This document shows positions 56,797 to 64,000 of a stretch of 64,000 nt of DNA, piece by piece. The notes beneath the pieces are model-generated. The model was not told where the DNA came from, did no database searches, and saw only the letters and a list, made by a program, of their open reading frames with translations. The stretch comes from Balanoglossus misakiensis. Taxonomy: Eukaryota > Animalia > Hemichordata. The stretch's first letter is position 1, and every line of letters begins with the position of its first letter. The stretch covers positions 6,398,202 to 6,462,201 of the forward strand of contig CM082588.2 in NCBI GenBank assembly GCA_040954595.2, in the 5' to 3' direction. The translations under genes were made by a program, and so were the position numbers.

Positions 56797-59154
56797 CTAA
56801 ATGAAAAGAAGCGACGACTCTGCATTTTCTCGCGTCGTGATGCTGTAAATGTTACGATGTGCTGCTTTCAGAAGTTCATCACAGCAATACTTGTTGTGAG
56901 CGTTCTCTCTGGCCCGAACGTGTTTCTTCTGTAGGGCCACGCAGCGCGGGTAGGAGAAGATGGTGACGTCTTCCAAGGTATCGGTGGTGTTCCACGCGTC
57001 TGTGGCATGGTCGTAGCATTCAACCGTCTTCACGGGCTGGCCCATGTATACACCGCCGAGGGCGTAGATTTTGCCGCTGCAGACGACCGCCGTGAAATCC
57101 GTCCGAGGGCTGTTCATGCTCTTCATTTTCCGCCAGGAATTCCGCCGCGGGTCGTATCGGTACGTGTCTCCCGATTCAAAGACGTAGATGAAGTTGCCGC
57201 GGGCGACAACGGCTATCCCGCACGTGTCTTTGAACGGGCAACGGCTGGCATACGTCCAGGTGTTCGTCTCGATGTCGTAACGCTGAACCGCCCGCGTGTA
57301 GGTCTCGCTGTCCCATCCACCGAAGACGAAGATTTTGGACTTCCACACGACCGCCGATTTTGTACCGACGGCTTTGAGCAGGGGCTCCACCATGGACCAG
57401 GAGTCCGTCTCGGGGTCGTAGCGGTCGACGGTCGCCTTCACCTTGTTCGTGTTGTCGTCACACCCGCCGATGACGTAGACGTACCCGCCGTGCGTCACCG
57501 CACCGTACTGGCTCAGCACCCGTCCCGGCTGGGGGCGAACTTCTCTCCACTGGTCGCTCTGTACGCAGTACAACCAGGTGGTCCGCTGCAGGGTACAGAC
57601 CCACACTGCGTCAACCATGGGGACAGCAGACGCGACGAACGCATCTGCGGAGCTCGGCAACTTTGACAGAACTGACCACTTCTCGGTGTCGAGGTTGTAC
57701 ACGTCGATATTTCTCTGCCTGTGGTCCATTTCATAGCTTCCGAAGAAGACCAACACCTCGTCATAATATCGCGTCCGTTCCCGAGTTCTCCGGCCCCCTT
57801 CTGACGTCATCACGATTTTCGAAAGAGCACTTTCAAGATATGGGTGCGACTGGAGCATTAGGTTTCTCGTCTCGACGGGCAAATTCTCTACTATAACAAA
57901 CTCAAGAAGTTGCCCGCTGAAATGTTTGCGGTTTTCTATGTCGTGGTGCACCCACCGAATGATCGCCTCCAGCACCGTCTCCTCGCAATCAAAGATGACG
58001 TCTTCTTCAAGAAAACTGACCACTTGCTCGAAGTCCAGTTCGAGAAACTCGATTTGATTGGTGACTTCTTGGAAATTGTCCAGGGCGAACTGCCGCGCTT
58101 TCCGAGACAGTTCGGTGTATGTGAAGGTCTCTGCGAAATAGCTTATACCGATGCAGTTGAACGCGTCAATTTGCTTCTCGAGGAAATTTTGGGCCAAACG
58201 TTCGATTTCAGTCCATTGTAGCTGATTGGCCACCCGCAGTAGGTTCTCGGCGCTGTCGGCATCGATGTCCACGTGGCCCGTGTAGGCAAAATCGATCAAC
58301 CTCTTCACCGATTCCTCGTCAGTTTCGCGCAAGTAAACCACGTCTGAAGCACTGTCCTCGAAGTCGGCCGAAAACAAGACGCGAAAGAACGCGCTCGACG
58401 CGGCGAGAAGTGACCGGTGGCATTTCTGGCTGTACTCTTTTGTTGCCACGACAACGTCGGTGAAGCTTTCGGCCAATCGCAGCCTGTTAATTTCCTCCAG
58501 GAAAGAAACGACGTAATCTTCATTAAAACCGTTCCATTTCGCGTCGCCGTTGATGTTGTTGCTGAGGAACACTTTCGCCGAGTAACACACCTCTTCGAAT
58601 TTTGTAATTCGCAGCGAAGCGGCCATCTCATAGTTTGCCGGGTTGTTGCTCTTGTTCAGATCGTACCGCCCCGTGTATATGTACTCTAGAACGCTCTCTA
58701 ATAGTTCAGCGTCGACGTGATCCAGTGTGACCGTGTCATGGCCAGACCCCGTCTCAACGCCGAGGCACTTTTCCTTCAATGTCTCGCTAGCGGCGGAGAT
58801 GACGACCCTGTGGCACGGGAACACCACGCCATCTTTGGAGCGCACCCGGATATCCGTGAAGAGCTCGCCGCGGCGGAGTTCGTCGAATCCCTCGAGGAGA
58901 GTTTTGCCGTGCGCTCTCGCCAACCCGTCGCGAATCTTCAACTCGTTCACTTTCAGTATCTCCTCCAAGATGTCCGTGTACTGGGCAATGTGGAGGCCGT
59001 TGTCGATGGAAATCTGCCGCAGATGTTGGCCTGAACGTTCGCGTGTCGCCTGCAGTTCCTTGTCGTTTCCGTGGCGACGCTGGCGGTCGAGTCGAATCGC
59101 ACGCTTGATGTTCTTGCGTGCAATTTTGCGCCGCTTGGAATGTGTACAACCCAT
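56797..59154 (-). CDS. Kelch-like protein with two BTB domains, BACK and Kelch repeats; single coding exon
   Basis: ATG 59154 lies just after the acceptor TTTTTCTTCCAG. BTB1 LFTDIRV..FPCHRVVISAAS; BTB2 SFTDVVV..KCHRSLLAASSAFFRVLF; BACK CEETVLEAIIRWV; Kelch YVYVIGG, IFVFGG, IYALGG...VECYD...W. Confidence 0.92.
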   Translation of the reverse strand: MGCTHSKRRKIARKNIKRAIRLDRQRRHGNDKELQATRERSGQHLRQISIDNGLHIAQYTDILEEILKVNELKIRDGLARAHGKTLLEGFDELRRGELFTDIRVRSKDGVVFPCHRVVISAASETLKEKCLGVETGSGHDTVTLDHVDAELLESVLEYIYTGRYDLNKSNNPANYEMAASLRITKFEEVCYSAKVFLSNNINGDAKWNGFNEDYVVSFLEEINRLRLAESFTDVVVATKEYSQKCHRSLLAASSAFFRVLFSADFEDSASDVVYLRETDEESVKRLIDFAYTGHVDIDADSAENLLRVANQLQWTEIERLAQNFLEKQIDAFNCIGISYFAETFTYTELSRKARQFALDNFQEVTNQIEFLELDFEQVVSFLEEDVIFDCEETVLEAIIRWVHHDIENRKHFSGQLLEFVIVENLPVETRNLMLQSHPYLESALSKIVMTSEGGRRTRERTRYYDEVLVFFGSYEMDHRQRNIDVYNLDTEKWSVLSKLPSSADAFVASAVPMVDAVWVCTLQRTTWLYCVQSDQWREVRPQPGRVLSQYGAVTHGGYVYVIGGCDDNTNKVKATVDRYDPETDSWSMVEPLLKAVGTKSAVVWKSKIFVFGGWDSETYTRAVQRYDIETNTWTYASRCPFKDTCGIAVVARGNFIYVFESGDTYRYDPRRNSWRKMKSMNSPRTDFTAVVCSGKIYALGGVYMGQPVKTVECYDHATDAWNTTDTLEDVTIFSYPRCVALQKKHVRARENAHNKYCCDELLKAAHRNIYSITTRENAESSLLFI

Positions 59155-62100
59155 TCCTGGAAGAAAAATGCGATTTGTTAATAAATATAAATCAAATGCA
59201 TTTACAAAAGTGAGTTGGCCAAAAGCTACCAATTTCGGCAATTACAAACGTTTTACTATTAATATAATAGACAGGCTCTTTCCATGATTGTTCATAGTAA
59301 TTTTTTTATAAAAAGCAAAACTGGACCACCATATAAACTGCTGATCGACTACATATATTTCATTATCGTTTACACTTTGAGACTTTGCCGGTTATTTATC
59401 TGTACATGTACATACTTCAATCGCCGGCAGACAATCTGAACTCTACTCGACATACAGACAACGCATGATAACACTTAGGTTGTCAAGCTGCCGATCAACG
59501 AAAACACAATGATCTGCCAAATGTGGTCATCGACCTGACTGAGTTGCCGAGGGCACCTGTCCAACCACAGTCACACCAAATTTACATATGTCCAGACATG
59601 ACAAAAATAGCGTATCTGAGTGGTAACTGTTGCCGCAAAGAAGCCTGTAGTATACAACGATGTAATTGCATGGGACCCGTGGGGTTGTTTGAATAGTTTA
59701 CATTCAGAAACTGTTACTACATAAATACTCAGCCCAAGGTAGTCGTCTCCTGGTAATTTCAGAGACACTTGTTTGGCTAACGTTGGTGTTTCTGGCATCA
59801 GAAGAATGTAAATATTAAATTAGAATCAGACTGGATACAGAAAATTTAAAGCAGATATGATGAACGTATATTTCCTCTCTAAATCGAATATATTGAGTGA
59901 ATATTTCCGATAGAGATGGTCTCTTGGCAACTTCATGCTATTACGAATTCAAAGGCGGATATGCCTAGGACATTTGACACGCCAAGAGAACTGGTATCTA
60001 TACACGTGAATTCGTGGATTACTGAGCTAAGCCCGGTTTGGTTGTGGTCTATATTTAGAGTTACCAGAAGCTCTTGAACAACGATAATTTAGTCGAAACG
60101 GTTCCTCTAGACAGCGTGCTTAGTAATTTCTGAAGCCACGTAAGAAGAGAAAATGAATAGAAAAATACTGGTGATTTTTTTCAGCCTATATTTTATATTG
60201 GATCGGACTCACAAAGTTGGTCATTCTTATTCTGGTGTTGTTAAATCATATATATTTCCAATTTCAAGAATTAAATTCTTGCAAAAATAAAAGCTATTTC
60301 CTCAAATCAATACCGCGACACCGGTTTATCTTGAGTATTTACACCATTGTGTTTGTTCATTACGTCATATTGGATAACTTAGTATGTGAATAACCAGCAC
60401 AAGTAACAGTTTTTTTTCTAAGACTTATATAGACAGGGTTTTCAGACAGAATAACGTTTGGGAGGCCTCTGTGCAATTTCCCCATTAATAATACGTGAAA
60501 GCTGTATGATGTATGAACAATCGAGGTTTACAGTCTCAGTTTACAAAGTTGCCGAAACATGAACATGAGTGTGACGCTGCACAACAACAATATTGAGTTC
60601 GGTGTGAGGTCAAAATAAGCCTACCTTTTTGTACAAGCTGCAGCTATGTTATTTGGATGAGAAATGATGTGTATTGAATGAGGAAGGCTCGTTCAAACCA
60701 AAGCTGATATGAAGACCCCGGAATAGGGAAGTTTCCCGGCCAAAATTTCACATGCCTTCTAACCGAGTAACCCCTCCTTCGCCATCTTATTTGACAGGTG
60801 TTTTCAGAGCCTCCTTATCATGCTGAAAAAAATAAACACAATGAAGTGCCCACCTGTGTGCGCATCCTATGCCAAATAATCAACCTGTGTTACAAAGGTT
60901 AACATGGGGAGTTCAATGACGTCATGGGAATACGTCTGGTGGTGGGTTCTGACAGTATTTGCGTACCTTGCGCTATTAATTGGTAACCACGTGTGACCTT
61001 GTTGTCAACGTGCAATGTTTACAGTGCGGTGAATCCTCAATGTAAATCAAACGGATATTTTTTTTTTCTGTGAAGTATCCGGCGATGTCCCCGGCGAAGT
61101 CCCGGATGACGTACTGTCGAACTCTGGATTCACCAATCAGAAGTGTTTATATAACACATTTGGTTACTTTGTTGTGCATAATTGCCATGGTTGCTTTGTA
61201 ATGGACAAAATGCAGACAAACAGAAGACCAACCACGAGTGAAAAACGATTTCTACAGGAATAGAAGTAATCTACAGGGTGATTGGGATTGTCATATTGGT
61301 AGATCCAATATTCCATTTTTCTTCAAACATTGCTGTCACGTATCTTGGCACTCTCTTGGTCATTTTACAATAGACTGTCCTTCGATCTTCATTGATGTGG
61401 TTGATGTCTAAACTTTACTCGACTTTGAAATTCCAAGGACGTGTTTTTCTGACCTTGTGGCCAGGAACTGAAAATTAATTTATGATTTAAAACATTCTCA
61501 TAAAGTTATAAATTTTATAGGCACGCCACCAGTGTGCAACATCAACTGAGCGATGGAGACCAGAGTTGACGAGTCCGAGAGAAGTCTAGTATGAATATTT
61601 CTGCATCTTGTATTGCAAAAAAGAAGGGTACAGGCTTTATAGAGTTAAATAGACAAAAGCAACCAAGTCGTCATTGGTGGCGCTAGCTCTTCAGAAGACG
61701 TCCCTCAGTGCTCGTACTTAGAATTCATAAAATCTAAAGTAATATTTCACATAAATTCAATTATTAACCCTTGCAGTGTTATTTGCAAGGGAATGAAGGC
61801 TGGCACTTATGTCTGCTATTCAAATACTCATTTGTCATCAATCACTCTGTACAAACAAGAAATACCACTACTGCCATGTTATGGAAAAAAAAACACTCAT
61901 TTATTAATCACTTATTAAATGACGGTACAAAAATGACATAATTATAAATCCAATATTCACAATGCGATTGACATCTTCGTCATAATTAATCAATTTACAT
62001 TACAAATGTACATTTCAGATATCCATATGTGACATACAGTCTTCTCATGGAACAGAGAATAATGAATAACCTGTATCCTTTATGCCATCATACATCTCGC

Positions 62101-63278
62101 AATTAAAAAAATATTATTTGGGGAATTAATATTTTCACTGTAATGGTATTGGTGCCATGAGAATGCAATTAATATTTAACATCTTTAGAATGACCATTTA
62201 ACACATATACAAGTGTATTCCATTTACAAAACAGGAATGGACATTTAAATTCCACTGTCTCTAATTCTATGGTGTATTTATATAAATTTGTGTGAAAATA
62301 CAGGGTTTTATGTTTTGTCACTTGACTACTACAGTATTCCAGGACTTTTAAGATTTCCCTGTCATGGATGATTTTCCAAAGAAAATGTCCAATTCCATGA
62401 GTTGTGTTACTGTAAGTTTGTTCAACAACAGACATCTTGTGACGCCAATCTGCCCACGGCCACAGACAACATGACAATACACTGTACCATAAAAAAAATT
62501 AAAGCTGAACCCCCCCCCCCCCCCCCCCCCCCCAACAGCTTTGCCGAAATATTGAGGGCGCACGTTCAATCGGAGGCCATGAGAGTCTACTTTCATGAGG
62601 GAACTACGGGTGAAATGGTTAAGTCACCACTATAAAACATAAAACTGATATCAAGTACAGCATTTCTGAACGTATCAAAAAAAGTTGAAGACCATGTAAC
62701 TTATAAAAGCATTCATAAAATTGAATACTACAGAAATCCTATACAGGTCAAAATACAAACAAAGCAGAAAAACACAATAGAAAATGGAGGTAGTTTGTTA
62801 CACACATCATGGACATATTAAAGCCAGCAAACTGAATCAAGACCTACATGTATGAGATCAGGTGCAATATTCGAGGCTTGTAGTTGATTGTGTATTGTAG
62901 TGTGCCTCTGAAAAGTTACACTCCAGACAAAATTTAGTAAAAGAGAAAGACATAGAATTTTGTGATATTTTGTAATACACATCAGTGGGAAGATATAGTC
63001 CTCACCCCTTAAAATTACCATGCTAGTGGACCAACCTAACTTGGACAACTACTTGGCTCAGTCCAAGTTCACACTACCAGGGGGGTGATCACCACCACAG
63101 AGGAATGTGTTGTGGGTCACGCCACTAACATTGACCTTGGTATAACCTGTGACCTTGGTATTCAAATAAAATACAATTCAAAGTGAGATGAATATTGTTG
63201 TTACAGATTTCCACTCATTAATTTATATAGATATATACAAATGTGTACTATAGACGTTCATTTCGGGCGTGGCTGTTC

Positions 63279-63899
63279 TCATGGCGATAGTGTCAACTGG
63301 GCCTCTTCTGCATAATCCAAACCGTGGGCACTCAGCTGTGAAATGCTCCTGTCAGTTGTCAGGTCATCAAACTACACAAAGGAATAAACAGACGGATTTC
63401 AGAATCTCAGACAAAAGAACGCTAGCACATGAGTACTTTGAACATATGGATTTTTTTCAGAGGGCAAGGATGGGCAGATTACATATTGATGTCCCTATAT
63501 GCACAAGTGGAGAGATGCTTACAGCGTTAACTGTATGTACATGTATGTGCCATCATTAGCCTAGTATAGAACACAGATCAAAAGTACATGATCACTTAGC
63601 AACTTTGTCCCTGAAAGGATGTGACATTATAATTCCATTTCACTGATAATGCTACAGGCAAGTGTCAGGCCATCACAATACACAAAGGAATCAAACGCAC
63701 AGATTTCAGTACATGAGGAATCTCAGAAAAAGGAATGCTGTTTACCTTATCAGTACTACTGGCCAGGAAGTCATCTCCATAGGACAGATCCCCTTCGATC
63801 TCCTCACTGATGCTGGGTGCAGAGATCCCGGAGAGACCCCCGTGCTGGCTCTGGCTCTGGGTGGGCAGGGTTTGGCTGTCAGAGGAACCACTACTACTG
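63279..63899 (-). CDS. CEP43: Centrosomal protein 43 (FGFR1OP/FOP), last two coding exons (partial)
   Basis: Exon 63746-63899 (...SISEEIEGDLSYGDDFLASSTDK) and exon 63279-63371 (FDDLTTDRSISQLSAHGLDYAEEAQLTLSP*) with GT/AG ends. They resemble the FGFR1OP C-terminus recalled from memory (IGEEIEEDLS...DKLDDLTQDLTVSQLS..ADY.E). Not in the ORF track. Confidence 0.8.
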
Positions 63900-64000
63900 C
63901 TGTAGTTAAATCACAGATACACAAGACAAACACCCAGACACACGGGGAGGGGGGCCCACACAGGTATGAATGGGAAACGGGCAGAGATGATACACATGGG

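Noticed and set aside
59300-63200. Short ORFs between the Kelch gene and CEP43
   Set aside because: No motifs; AT-rich. Likely the 5' intron/promoter of the Kelch gene and the CEP43 3' UTR (minus-strand AATAAA near 61900).

Overview
Eukaryotic (animal) genomic DNA with GT-AG introns; gene content suggests a marine invertebrate, possibly a deuterostome (inference only). From left to right: (1) four tandem minus-strand BPHL/valacyclovir-hydrolase genes (one partial), whose catalytic elbows differ (GWSDGG, GWCGGG, GWSVGG); (2) two tandem 5-exon O-fucosyltransferase-family (POFUT-like) genes on +; (3) a 2-exon BTB-BACK-Kelch gene; (4) a ~30 kb array of nine intronless minus-strand Ig-superfamily type I receptors; (5) a dual-BTB Kelch gene with an MGCxxS acylation-type N-terminus; (6) the last two exons of CEP43/FGFR1OP. 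The Ig array is the most interesting element. It looks like a paired activating/inhibitory immune-receptor locus: neighbours with closely related ectodomains carry either four ITIM/ITSM motifs or two intrinsic ITAMs, tails and ectodomains show mosaic ancestry, some members have lost their tails, and all share an upstream tandem ETS-like motif. All alignments and exon boundaries were read by eye; no database searches were run.
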